64,000 bases of DNA from positions 82,418-146,417 of the forward strand of contig NZ_CAAGHK010000087.1 of assembly GCF_900769625.1 (NCBI RefSeq), given 5' to 3'. The notes under the pieces are model-generated. The model was not told the origin of the DNA. It did not search any database and saw only the letters and a list, made by a program, of their open reading frames with translations. The position numbers and the translations under genes are program-made. This stretch comes from an uncultured Clostridium sp. (GTDB lineage: Bacteria; Bacillota; Clostridia; Clostridiales; Clostridiaceae). The first letter of the stretch is position 1. Every line of letters starts with the position of its first letter. Below, in pieces: positions 21,997 through 30,976 of the stretch.

Positions 21997-22618
21997 GAAT
22001 AATGCCCTCCTTTGAATCTAATATACTATGTTTTATTCTGTCTACTCTACACTTTTCTGCGTTAATAATCGCTTCAAGTTTTTCTACTGATGTTTCGACT
22101 TCGTCATTTACAACAGCATAATTATATCTTGATATAAAGTTAATTTCTTTATATGCTGACTTAAATCTTTTCATTAATGATTCGGGAGTTTCACTTCCCC
22201 TTTTTATTATTCGCGCCTTCAATTCTTCCATTGATGGTGGAAGTATGAAGATAAAAACTCCTTCTTCTGTATTTTCTTTAACTTTTAATGCACCCTGTAT
22301 ATCAATTTCTAATATAACATCTCTACCGCTTTCAAGCATTTCTTCTACATTAGACTTTGGTGTACCATAAAAATTATCATACACTTCTGCATATTCAAGG
22401 AAATCATTTTCTACAATTTTCTCCTTAAACTGTTCTTTTGACATAAAGTAATAATTTACGCCTTCTACTTCTCCTTTTCTTGGAGACCTTGTAGTTGCAG
22501 ATACTGATATTGCTACTTCAGGATTTCTCTCTAAGAAGCTTTTGCATATAGTACCTTTTCCAGCACCAGATGGTCCTGAAATAACTATTAGTAATCCTCT
22601 GCCTTTATTATTCATCAT
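21977..22618 (-). CDS. gmk: Guanylate kinase
   Basis: [25 protein letters not shown]. Confidence 0.98.
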   Translation of the reverse strand: MMNNKGRGLLIVISGPSGAGKGTICKSFLERNPEVAISVSATTRSPRKGEVEGVNYYFMSKEQFKEKIVENDFLEYAEVYDNFYGTPKSNVEEMLESGRDVILEIDIQGALKVKENTEEGVFIFILPPSMEELKARIIKRGSETPESLMKRFKSAYKEINFISRYNYAVVNDEVETSVEKLEAIINAEKCRVDRIKHSILDSKEGIIHEQLYD

Positions 22619-22884
22619 TCATCATCCTCATCAACTATATCATCTTTAGTTGCTAATCTATGTGCAACTGTTTCTGGCTGGACAGCAGATAAAATAACAT
22701 GATCACTATCAGTTATTATAACAGCTCTTGTTCTTCTTCCATAAGTCGCATCTATAAGCATACCTCTGTCTCTTGCTTCCTGAATAATTCTTTTAATAGG
22801 TGCTGACTCTGGGCTGACAATTGCAACTAGTCTGTTAGCAGAAACAATATTTCCGAATCCTATGTTTATTAACTTAATTCCCAT
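22615..22884 (-). CDS. remA: RemA/DUF370 family regulator
   Basis: [34 protein letters not shown]. Confidence 0.93.
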   Translation of the reverse strand: MGIKLINIGFGNIVSANRLVAIVSPESAPIKRIIQEARDRGMLIDATYGRRTRAVIITDSDHVILSAVQPETVAHRLATKDDIVDEDDE

Positions 22885-22901
22885 ATTCTTATCCTCCTAT
22901 T

Positions 22902-23783
22902 TTACTCAATGTTCTGGATCTGTTCTCTTATTTTTTCCAAAGTGTTTTTTATTTCTATAACTATATTAGTCATATTTATATCACTAGATTTAGATGCTAT
23001 TGTATTAGCTTCTCTGTTCATTTCCTGAATTATAAAGTCAAGTTTCCTTCCAATCGGTTCTTCTAAGCATAATGTATTTCTTATCTGACTTAAATGGCTC
23101 TTTAATCTTGTTATTTCTTCATCAACAGCAGCTTTATCTGAGAATATAGCTATTTCAAGTGCTATTCTGCTTTCATCAATGTCTACTCCTGATAATAACT
23201 CACTTAATCTTTCTTCAAGCTTTTTCTTATAATTCTTAGGAACAACATCCGCTAAACCTTCGATTTTCTTAACATCACTCTCAATTAATTCCAGCTTGCC
23301 AAGAATATCCTCATTTAGCTTAGCTCCTTCTCTAAGTCTCATTTCTTCCATTAGATTAAGAGCTGATTCTACTAAAGGAGCAATTTCTCTAAAAATGTCC
23401 TCAAGATTTTCTTCCGGTTCTTCTATTGTAATAACATCAGGAAACCTCGCTATCTTAGTCACTGATATATCATTATCAACACCAAGAGTATCAGCTATTT
23501 CTTTCAGACAATTGTAATAACCTTTTGCAAGTTCCATATTTAAAACTGCTTTTCCTGAAGAACTGCCATAATTTTTATAATTAATGAATACATCAACCTT
23601 ACCTCTGTTAAGTCTCTTGCTGATTATATTTCTTATTTTTTCTTCAAGTGAAAGCATTGTCTTAGGCATCCTAATATTTATATCTAAATATCTATGATTA
23701 ACGCTTTTCATCTCTATTGAAAAACATAAATCTTTCCCTTCTTCACTCTGAGCTCGACCAAAGCTAGTCATACTTTTAATCAA
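22902..23783 (-). CDS. yloC: YicC/YloC family endoribonuclease
   Basis: MIKSMT.FG, SVNHRYLD, RGKVD, EEITRLKSH, GRKLDFIIQEMNREANT, REQIQNIE. Confidence 0.94.
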   Translation of the reverse strand: MIKSMTSFGRAQSEEGKDLCFSIEMKSVNHRYLDINIRMPKTMLSLEEKIRNIISKRLNRGKVDVFINYKNYGSSSGKAVLNMELAKGYYNCLKEIADTLGVDNDISVTKIARFPDVITIEEPEENLEDIFREIAPLVESALNLMEEMRLREGAKLNEDILGKLELIESDVKKIEGLADVVPKNYKKKLEERLSELLSGVDIDESRIALEIAIFSDKAAVDEEITRLKSHLSQIRNTLCLEEPIGRKLDFIIQEMNREANTIASKSSDINMTNIVIEIKNTLEKIREQIQNIE

Positions 23784-23828
23784 ACCTCACACCTCCTTTT
23801 ATTATTACTATTTTTTATTGCTAAACTA

Positions 23829-23857
23829 ATGATAAACAAATATATTCTGCCGGTCAA
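23829..23857 (-). promoter_or_regulatory. Sigma-A promoter of the yloC-remA-gmk-rpoZ operon
   Basis: TTGACC-N17-TATCAT. Confidence 0.65.
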
Positions 23858-23900
23858 CACTTTGTTTACAATTTGTTAACATTTATTTTAAAACAATCTA

Positions 23901-23926
23901 ATAAAGCTGTCAGATTGCTGACAGCT
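23901..23926 (-). terminator. Terminator after NCS2 permease
   Basis: agctgtcag-4nt-ctgacagct followed by a T-rich run on the minus strand. Confidence 0.7.
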
Positions 23927-23951
23927 CATAAATATCTATTGTTTTCTGATT

Positions 23952-25331
23952 CTATTTTAAAAGTAATAACTTTGCTACAAATATAATTGCTAAAATAATC
24001 ATAACAACTGAAACTTTTTTCTTTTCTCCCTGTTTTGCAAAGAATAGATTGTACAATACATTTATAAGAACATACACTATTACGCCCATTGTCAATCCAT
24101 CACCGATACTGTAAGTAAGCGGCATCATTGCAATTGTTACAAAGGCTGGAAGTCCCTCTGTAATTTCACCAAAGTCTATATTTTTAACTGCTCCAAGCAT
24201 TAGATAGCCAACATATAAAAGCGCTGGTGCTGTTGCACATGATGGTATTGCTATGAATATTGGTGAAAAGAACATAGCTATAAGGAATAATACACCAGAA
24301 GTTATTGCAGTCCATCCAGTTCTTCCGCCAGCTGCAACTCCTGTAGAACTTTCAACATAAGTTGTTACTGTTGATATACCAAGACATGCACCTACAGTTG
24401 TCCCAATTGCATCAACCATTAATGCTTTACCTGCATTTGGCACATTACCATTCTCATCAAGCATTCCTGCTCTTGAACTTACACCTACTAATGTTCCAAC
24501 TGTATCAAAGAAATCTACAAATAAGAATGTACATACTATTACTAAAAAGTTCATTATATTGCTTGGATGAAGTACATATAATAAATCAACTTTACCTGCA
24601 ACCGGCGCAATACTTTCAAATTTAAATATACCAGTTGGAAGATAAATTCCAAGTGCTGTTGCTGCTTCTGGATTCATTAAAGCATATCCCCATGCTAATA
24701 ATGTACTTACTACTATACCTACTAATATTGATGCTTTCATACCCTTTCTATCAAGAACAGCAATTATTATAAGACCTATAAAAGCTATTATTGCTGTTGG
24801 CATTGCAAAATCCCCTAATGCAAGATAAGTTGATTCATCTGCCACAACAGCTCCACTTCCTGTGAGACCTATAAAAGCAATAAATAATCCAATACCGGCT
24901 GTAACTGCATGTTTCATATTCATCGGAATAGCATTTACTACTGCTTCTCTAATTTTAAATAATGACATTAATATAAATATGATACCTTCAACAAATACTG
25001 CTGTTAATGCTATATGCCATGATATTCCTTTACCAAGAACTACCGAATAAGCAAAATAAGCATTAAGCCCCATACCTGATGCTAATACAAATGGTAGATT
25101 AGCATAAACCCCCATAAGTATACTTGCAAAGGCCGCTCCTAAGCATGTTGCAGTAACTAATGCCCCCTTGTCCATACCTATTCCATCTGTTCCTAAAATA
25201 TTAGGATTTACAGCTATAATATAAGCCATTGTTAAGAACGTTGTGATCCCTGCTAAAATTTCCTTTTTAAAATCCACGTTTTCATTAGAGAATATCTCCA
25301 GGAATTTTTTCTTTTCATTTACTTGTTGCAT
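23952..25331 (-). CDS. NCS2/AzgA-like purine permease (PbuG/PbuO-like)
   Basis: EILAGITTFLTMAYIIAVNP, GMGLNAYF, DFFDTVGT, TTYVES..GV.AGGRTG. Confidence 0.92.
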   Translation of the reverse strand: MQQVNEKKKFLEIFSNENVDFKKEILAGITTFLTMAYIIAVNPNILGTDGIGMDKGALVTATCLGAAFASILMGVYANLPFVLASGMGLNAYFAYSVVLGKGISWHIALTAVFVEGIIFILMSLFKIREAVVNAIPMNMKHAVTAGIGLFIAFIGLTGSGAVVADESTYLALGDFAMPTAIIAFIGLIIIAVLDRKGMKASILVGIVVSTLLAWGYALMNPEAATALGIYLPTGIFKFESIAPVAGKVDLLYVLHPSNIMNFLVIVCTFLFVDFFDTVGTLVGVSSRAGMLDENGNVPNAGKALMVDAIGTTVGACLGISTVTTYVESSTGVAAGGRTGWTAITSGVLFLIAMFFSPIFIAIPSCATAPALLYVGYLMLGAVKNIDFGEITEGLPAFVTIAMMPLTYSIGDGLTMGVIVYVLINVLYNLFFAKQGEKKKVSVVMIILAIIFVAKLLLLK

Positions 25332-25416
25332 TTGACTACCTCCAAAGAATTAATTGAATAGAATCAAGTGATTTCACTCTTACACTTTTCTTTTTTCTCT
25401 TAACTTCTGAATTTTC

Positions 25417-25480
25417 TCATAATCAGATATATTACGGTATCTGGTAAAAACTTGCGCTCCATATTACCACTATTATATGA
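25417..25480 (-). ncRNA. Purine riboswitch aptamer, adenine-type discriminator (U74), variant or degenerate
   Basis: TCATA-TAA-tagtggt-AATATGG-agcgcaa-GTTTTTAC-CAGATA-CCGTAATA-TATCTG-AT-TATGA aligns to the xpt/pbuE consensus; lies upstream of a purine permease. Confidence 0.85.
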
Positions 25481-25500
25481 TCAACTCTATTACGAATATT

Positions 25501-25529
25501 ATTATATGTTTTTTATCGAATATTGTCAA
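25501..25529 (-). promoter_or_regulatory. Consensus sigma-A promoter driving riboswitch and permease
   Basis: TTGACA-N17-TATAAT just upstream of the aptamer. Confidence 0.85.
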
Positions 25530-25767
25530 TATATTTTGTTTTAATTTAATTATTAGATGCGAATATTATTATATAATATACACCTATATTTTCGATTTAT
25601 TGATTGTTAAAGAAAAAAAGACATATATCATTACTAATATACGCCTTACTTGTTCTTAATATCATAATATTAAGCAAATTTTATATTTAATTGTTCACAC
25701 TTTCTATAGAATACTTATTTATTCCATCAATAACCATCATAAAAGTTTATTAAACATTCTATGTACT

Positions 25768-26739
25768 TTATTCAAAAATTGATTTTATCTTTTCTATATC
25801 CTCACCGTTGTTTAAGGCAACAATAAGTTTTATTCTAGCTTTCTGACTTGCAAGAACATCTCCGAAAACACAGCCAATTTCTTTAAGCTCTTTTCCGCCA
25901 CCTTCATATCCATAAGATTCAAACACTCGCCCTTCAAAGCATCTTGATACTATCACCACTGGTATATCTTTATTTAAAGCTCTCTTTATTCCATCTACCA
26001 TGCTTGGCGGAACATTTCCTCTACCCATTGCTTCAATAATCAGTCCCTTATACCCCTGATCAATAGCAAAATCAATAAATCTCGAATCACTTCCTGCACT
26101 ACATTTTATTATTACTACATCTTTATCTACCGATTTAATCTTCATGTGTATTGATTCTGGATTATTTCTATAGAAAATAACTCTATTATTATCCACAATA
26201 CCAATTGGACCAAAGTTAGGTGTACTGAAAGCATTCAGAGCCATTGAATTTCTCTTCGTAACTTCACACGCACTGTGCAGTTCACCATTAAAGCATACTA
26301 AAACACCTCTGTTTTCTGCATCTGCAGATATTGCTGTACATATCGATGATGCAAGATTAAACGGTCCATCATACCCTAATTCTGAACTGCTTCTCATGGC
26401 ACCAGTAATAACTACAGGCTTATGACTGTTTAAAGTCAAATCTAAGAAATATGCTGTTTCTTCAAGAGTATCTGTTCCATGTGTAACAACTACTCCTGTA
26501 ATATCATCCCTGTCTAAAAGCTCCTGAACCTGATTTGATAAATCAAGCATTAGTTTCGGAGTCATATAAGGTGATGGCAGACTCGAGAAATTATAACTTT
26601 CTATTTCCGCATATTCTTCAATACCAGTAACCATCGCCATTATATCTTCACCACTAAGGCTTGGGACAGCTGCCTTTATTCTTTCATCAACTTTCATAGA
26701 TATTGTTCCACCATTAAATACTACTGCTACTTTTTTCAT
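25768..26739 (-). CDS. L-asparaginase
   Basis: GGTISM, VTHGTDTLEET, TGAM, GRGNVP. Confidence 0.93.
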   Translation of the reverse strand: MKKVAVVFNGGTISMKVDERIKAAVPSLSGEDIMAMVTGIEEYAEIESYNFSSLPSPYMTPKLMLDLSNQVQELLDRDDITGVVVTHGTDTLEETAYFLDLTLNSHKPVVITGAMRSSSELGYDGPFNLASSICTAISADAENRGVLVCFNGELHSACEVTKRNSMALNAFSTPNFGPIGIVDNNRVIFYRNNPESIHMKIKSVDKDVVIIKCSAGSDSRFIDFAIDQGYKGLIIEAMGRGNVPPSMVDGIKRALNKDIPVVIVSRCFEGRVFESYGYEGGGKELKEIGCVFGDVLASQKARIKLIVALNNGEDIEKIKSIFE

Positions 26740-26954
26740 CTTGTTCCTCCAACTATCTTTTGATTATTTTAATTAATTATATGTTATAATTAATGTTTTA
26801 CATATAATTAATTTTAAAAAATCTCATAAATATTTTCACATCAACTATTCAATATTAATTGATACTTATACATTATTGTAATAAGAGTTTATCAACATAA
26901 TTCATGGAATTTAATATATAACTGAAAATAAATACATTTAATTATCTGCATGTC

Positions 26955-26984
26955 AAAAAACTCTTAGATGTAATCTAAGAGTTT
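26955..26984 (-). terminator. Intrinsic terminator closing the nuclease-RNA unit
   Basis: AAACTCTTAGAT-tac-ATCTAAGAGTTT followed by TTT. Confidence 0.85.
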
Positions 26985-26988
26985 AAAC

Positions 26989-27086
26989 GTATTTCATTTT
27001 TTGGCAGGTCGGCGTATCCTGCATCTCTGATTACTAAAACAATAGCGCGTGAGGAGCCTTTTCTCACCTCAAAAAAATAAATCACA
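26989..27086 (-). ncRNA. Candidate structured non-coding RNA downstream of the PBECR-like nuclease gene
   Basis: GC-rich island with stems GTGAG/CTCAC and GCAGG/CCTGC, complementary loops (GGC/GCC), a small central stem and a U-rich/A-rich closing helix; followed by a terminator. Confidence 0.6.
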
Positions 27087-27098
27087 ACAATTAATATA

Positions 27099-27524
27099 TT
27101 ACAATATATTTTCTTCTATTTCAATATCATCTATTTTAACGAGTCTTCCTCGAAAAATTCTCGTATTTAATTTAGATACTGTTAATGGATACATTGTTGC
27201 AACATAAATATATTCGCCTTCCACATCAATTTCCAATCCTAATAATATTATTATATTATCGACTTTCTTTACAAGATCAATACTGTGTGTATTTTCTTTA
27301 TCATATTCTACTCCAACATAATCAGGATCTTTAATTATTCTTTCAACTATATCTATTATATTATCCTTGACTTTTTTTGTGAACTGCTTTCCATGTCTTT
27401 TTTTTATGTGGTTTATAACACCTGGAGAGGCATAAACTATTTTCGGTATGCTGAGCTCTAAGTACTCACTTAAAGATTCTTTAATTTTACCAACTTTCTT
27501 ATAAGCTTTATAATCTTTTCTCAT
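27099..27524 (-). CDS. PBECR-type (phage Barnase-EndoU-ColicinE5/D-RelE-like) nuclease-domain protein
   Basis: HIKKRH, IIKDPDYVG and YVATMY motifs resemble PBECR2/PBECR3 families; start at ATG 27524 (SD GAGGGG) or 27536. Confidence 0.65.
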   Translation of the reverse strand: MRKDYKAYKKVGKIKESLSEYLELSIPKIVYASPGVINHIKKRHGKQFTKKVKDNIIDIVERIIKDPDYVGVEYDKENTHSIDLVKKVDNIIILLGLEIDVEGEYIYVATMYPLTVSKLNTRIFRGRLVKIDDIEIEENIL

Positions 27525-27716
27525 AATACCCCTCATTTACATCCTTTCTTTTTATTATATCCTAATACAGTGTTTTTTCCACTTATGTAATAACAAAATA
27601 GCACTCAAGGATAAACTTCTGACTATTCAAGAATAGAGAAAAATAAGCCAATATAGATTATATATCAGCTTATTTTTAAAATTTATTTATGTTTCAATTA
27701 TATAACTATTTTTATC

Positions 27717-29195
27717 CTATAGTATTATACAGATCAATCCGCCATTTCCTTCATTAATGATTTTTTGGAGAGTCTTTTGAATCTTAACCTGTACATCTTC
27801 AGGCATCTTGTATAATTTATTCTGAAGTCCTTCCTTTACAAGTACTTCTAATGATTTACCAAACATGTTGCTCTGCCAAAGTTGTGCCGGATCAGTTTCA
27901 AATTGATCAAGCAATCCTTTCACAAGCTCTTCAGATTCTTTTTCAGATCCCATTATCGGACTTATTTCAGTCTTTACGTCACACTTGATCAAATGAAGAC
28001 TAGGAGCGCTTGCTTTCAATTTAACTCCAAATTTATTTCCCTGCTTAACAATTTCAGGTTCTTCAAATTTCATTTCAGATAATTGTGGTGCAACAAGACC
28101 ATATCCTGTTTCTTTTACTTCCTCCAAAGCATCCTTAACCTTATCATATTCACACTTTGCATGGGTAAGATCTTTTATTATCCCAAGAAGATCGCTTTCA
28201 GAATTAACTTGCAGATTGCATATTTCACTAAGAACCTTATAGAAGATACCATCCTTGGGCTTCATAAGAATTTTCGCCATACCATTTCCAAGGTCAACTT
28301 CTTTTATAGCTGCTATTCCAATAAAATCTTCATCTTCAAAATTATTGAGGCAATATTTAATATCTCTTATCTTAGAAACATCCTGACACATATCTGTAAT
28401 TGCACTGAAAAAATCTTTCTTCAGCCAATGAGCAGCATCCAATTTTTCAAGCCATTCAGGCATATCTATATCTATTTCTTTTACAGGGAATTCTTTCAAT
28501 ACTGATCTGAACAATTCTCCTATATCTTCTTCGCTCATGTTATAAACATCCATTATCTGAACTGTAACATTATATTTTCCCTCAAGTTCCAATTTCAAAC
28601 TCTTAGTTTCCTGAGAATTTGGTTTAACAGTATTAAGCACAACTATAAATGGTTTATTGAGTGACTGAAGTTCTGAAACAACTCTTTCTTCAGCTTCTAC
28701 ATAATCTTCTCTGTCTATTCCCGTAATACTTCCATCAGTCGTAACAACAAGACCAATTGTAGAATGATCATTAATAACTTTTCTTGTACCGATTTCTGCT
28801 GCATCTTCAAATGGTATTTCGTAATCATACCATGGTGTATGAACCATTTTACTTTCTTCACCATCCATATAACCAAGAGCACTCTTTACAATGTACCCCA
28901 CACAATCTACCATTCTGACTTTAAATCTTACTTCATCGTCTAAAATTATTTCTACTGCTTCATTTGGAACAAATTTAGGCTCTGTAGTATGAATGCTTTT
29001 TCCCGAACCACTTTGTGGAAGTTCATCTTTGGCCCTCTCTTTTTTATAAGTATTGTCTATCTTCGGTATGACCATCAAGTCCATGAACTTCTTTATGAAG
29101 GTGGATTTCCCTGTTCTTACAGGTCCAACAACACCAACATATATGTCCCCTTGCGTTCTATCTGCTATATCTTTGTATATGTTAAAATTCTCCAC
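27717..29195 (-). CDS. spoIVA: Stage IV sporulation protein A
   Basis: IYKDIA.RT.GDIY.GVVGPVRTGKSTF, TTEPKFVP, C-terminal GLICIIL; GTG start gives 492 aa. Confidence 0.98.
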   Translation of the reverse strand: MENFNIYKDIADRTQGDIYVGVVGPVRTGKSTFIKKFMDLMVIPKIDNTYKKERAKDELPQSGSGKSIHTTEPKFVPNEAVEIILDDEVRFKVRMVDCVGYIVKSALGYMDGEESKMVHTPWYDYEIPFEDAAEIGTRKVINDHSTIGLVVTTDGSITGIDREDYVEAEERVVSELQSLNKPFIVVLNTVKPNSQETKSLKLELEGKYNVTVQIMDVYNMSEEDIGELFRSVLKEFPVKEIDIDMPEWLEKLDAAHWLKKDFFSAITDMCQDVSKIRDIKYCLNNFEDEDFIGIAAIKEVDLGNGMAKILMKPKDGIFYKVLSEICNLQVNSESDLLGIIKDLTHAKCEYDKVKDALEEVKETGYGLVAPQLSEMKFEEPEIVKQGNKFGVKLKASAPSLHLIKCDVKTEISPIMGSEKESEELVKGLLDQFETDPAQLWQSNMFGKSLEVLVKEGLQNKLYKMPEDVQVKIQKTLQKIINEGNGGLICIIL

Positions 29196-29358
29196 ATGAT
29201 TTCCCTCCCATATTCTTTTTACCAATATATATATATTCTATGCAGTTAGAAAATATACACATTAATACAATACGATTCCAATACTATAAAAAGTATAAAA
29301 TAAGAGACAGCATTCCAAATCAAATACATTGTAAATACTATCCCTTATTAACTATTTT

Positions 29359-30420
29359 TTATTTGCTTTCAGTCAAATCTATAGTAAATTCTTCCCCTGC
29401 TTTTGTATATTCATCAGCACCAGGTGCCTTTCCGCTCTCTTTCGGTATCTCAACTGCATATGGTACAAGCGTTAATATTTTTGCATTATCATCTATATTT
29501 TTATCAAGATTATCATATTTAAAATCTATAAAATCTTCTCTTCCTCTTGATGTATAGAAAATAACTTCATTATTTAAATCATCATACCCCCTTAGTTCAA
29601 TATTATAATATTCATTTTTTTTAGCTCCTTCTACCTTTGCATAAATATTCTGTCCAATAGCATTACTCTTATATTTATCTAAAGTTATTTTTTCTCCATT
29701 TGCAAGGGAAAAACTATAATTTAATTTAATTTCATCTGTATCTGCCATAAGCATATCTTTGTTAGCTTTAAATTCAAAAACCCATTTTCCTCTTACTGTA
29801 TCACTATGATTTATGCTTACTTTAGAATAAACAATTTTTATGTCCAAATCTCCGTCAAGATCTTTTTCATCAACATTATCCAGATCATACATCAAAACAC
29901 TTTGACTTGTCTTATCATCTATTTTCCCAATTGAACCACTTTGTCCTGTAAATTTTACTTTTTTATTATTTATATATATAGTTTTATCTTCATAATAAAC
30001 TTCATTATCACTTAAAGTTTTGTCTGAACTTATATTGGTAGATATTATAAGCTCTCTTTCGTCCAATATAACTTCATTAAGCTGAATTGTAATGCCTTTA
30101 TCCGTTACACTTTTATTTACTACTGTCTTATAATCATCTATGTTCTTTTCAATATTCAAAGCAGATTCAATATTTTCTCTTACCATCATCATGACTTCTG
30201 CTCCAGCCTGAGTGGATAATCCTACTGCTCCGATACATATAAACGAAATAATAGTTGCAGCAACTGTATTCTTATGTTTCTTTTTATCATTCTTTCCACA
30301 TACTAATTTCTTTATATTTTTCTTAAACTTCTTTTTTTCAAGATCATTAAGAGGTTCAAACTCATAATCAGCTTCATCAAATTTCGCCTCATTAAGCATT
30401 TCATAGATATTATTTTTCAT
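29359..30420 (-). CDS. Putative membrane anti-sigma factor (DUF4179-like)
   Basis: Short cytoplasmic N-terminus, single TM segment, VNKSVTDKGITIQLNEVILD extracellular domain; overlaps the ECF sigma stop. Confidence 0.75.
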   Translation of the reverse strand: MKNNIYEMLNEAKFDEADYEFEPLNDLEKKKFKKNIKKLVCGKNDKKKHKNTVAATIISFICIGAVGLSTQAGAEVMMMVRENIESALNIEKNIDDYKTVVNKSVTDKGITIQLNEVILDERELIISTNISSDKTLSDNEVYYEDKTIYINNKKVKFTGQSGSIGKIDDKTSQSVLMYDLDNVDEKDLDGDLDIKIVYSKVSINHSDTVRGKWVFEFKANKDMLMADTDEIKLNYSFSLANGEKITLDKYKSNAIGQNIYAKVEGAKKNEYYNIELRGYDDLNNEVIFYTSRGREDFIDFKYDNLDKNIDDNAKILTLVPYAVEIPKESGKAPGADEYTKAGEEFTIDLTESK

Positions 30421-30976
30421 ATTTTATTCCTCCATTTTCATTCAATCGAAAAATATTCCTTAATCTCTTTTTAGCACGTGAAATTCTGTTGTATATAATT
30501 TCTCTCTTTATCCCTGTATCTTCACTAACTTCATTCATATCTCTTTCTTCAACATAAAGTTTATGAAATATTTCCCTGTCTTTTTTATTCAAACAATTCA
30601 TCAATTCTGTCATCTCTATACTGAGTTCGTTTTGTAATATTTCTTCTGTAAAATCATTATCCGCTATATACATATCATCTATATTGGAATTCTCTAAATC
30701 TCTTAAATATTTTCTTTTATAATCAATAGATTTAAATTGGGATATTCCTATTATCCAGTTTTTAAAACTGCTTCTTTCTTCATCAAAAGAATTGATATTA
30801 TTCCAAATTGCTAATAATACATCGTTTACGCATTCTTCCTGAACACTTGCCAGATTATATAGATGTTTCTTCACCACTGATTTAATAATATATCCATAAG
30901 TGTCTATGACATAATCCATAGCCCGTTCATTTTTTCTTCTCAACTGAATTATAAAATTTTCTTCATTTATTTTCAT
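30410..30976 (-). CDS. ECF RNA polymerase sigma factor
   Basis: EECVNDV..IW, SFKNWI..I....SID, region 4 YNRISRAKKRLR. Confidence 0.9.
   Translation of the reverse strand: MKINEENFIIQLRRKNERAMDYVIDTYGYIIKSVVKKHLYNLASVQEECVNDVLLAIWNNINSFDEERSSFKNWIIGISQFKSIDYKRKYLRDLENSNIDDMYIADNDFTEEILQNELSIEMTELMNCLNKKDREIFHKLYVEERDMNEVSEDTGIKREIIYNRISRAKKRLRNIFRLNENGGIKYEK

Noticed and set aside
25477..25659. 60-aa plus-strand ORF, and the 62-aa ORF at 57733-57921
   Set aside because: AT-rich promoter/leader regions with no SD; better explained by regulatory elements
26989..27086. tRNA, 6S RNA or riboswitch identity for the GC-rich element
   Set aside because: No cloverleaf or TTC loop; too short and wrong shape for 6S; matches no riboswitch I recognise. 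A role as asparaginase leader is possible but less likely given about 215 nt between the terminator and the asparaginase start.
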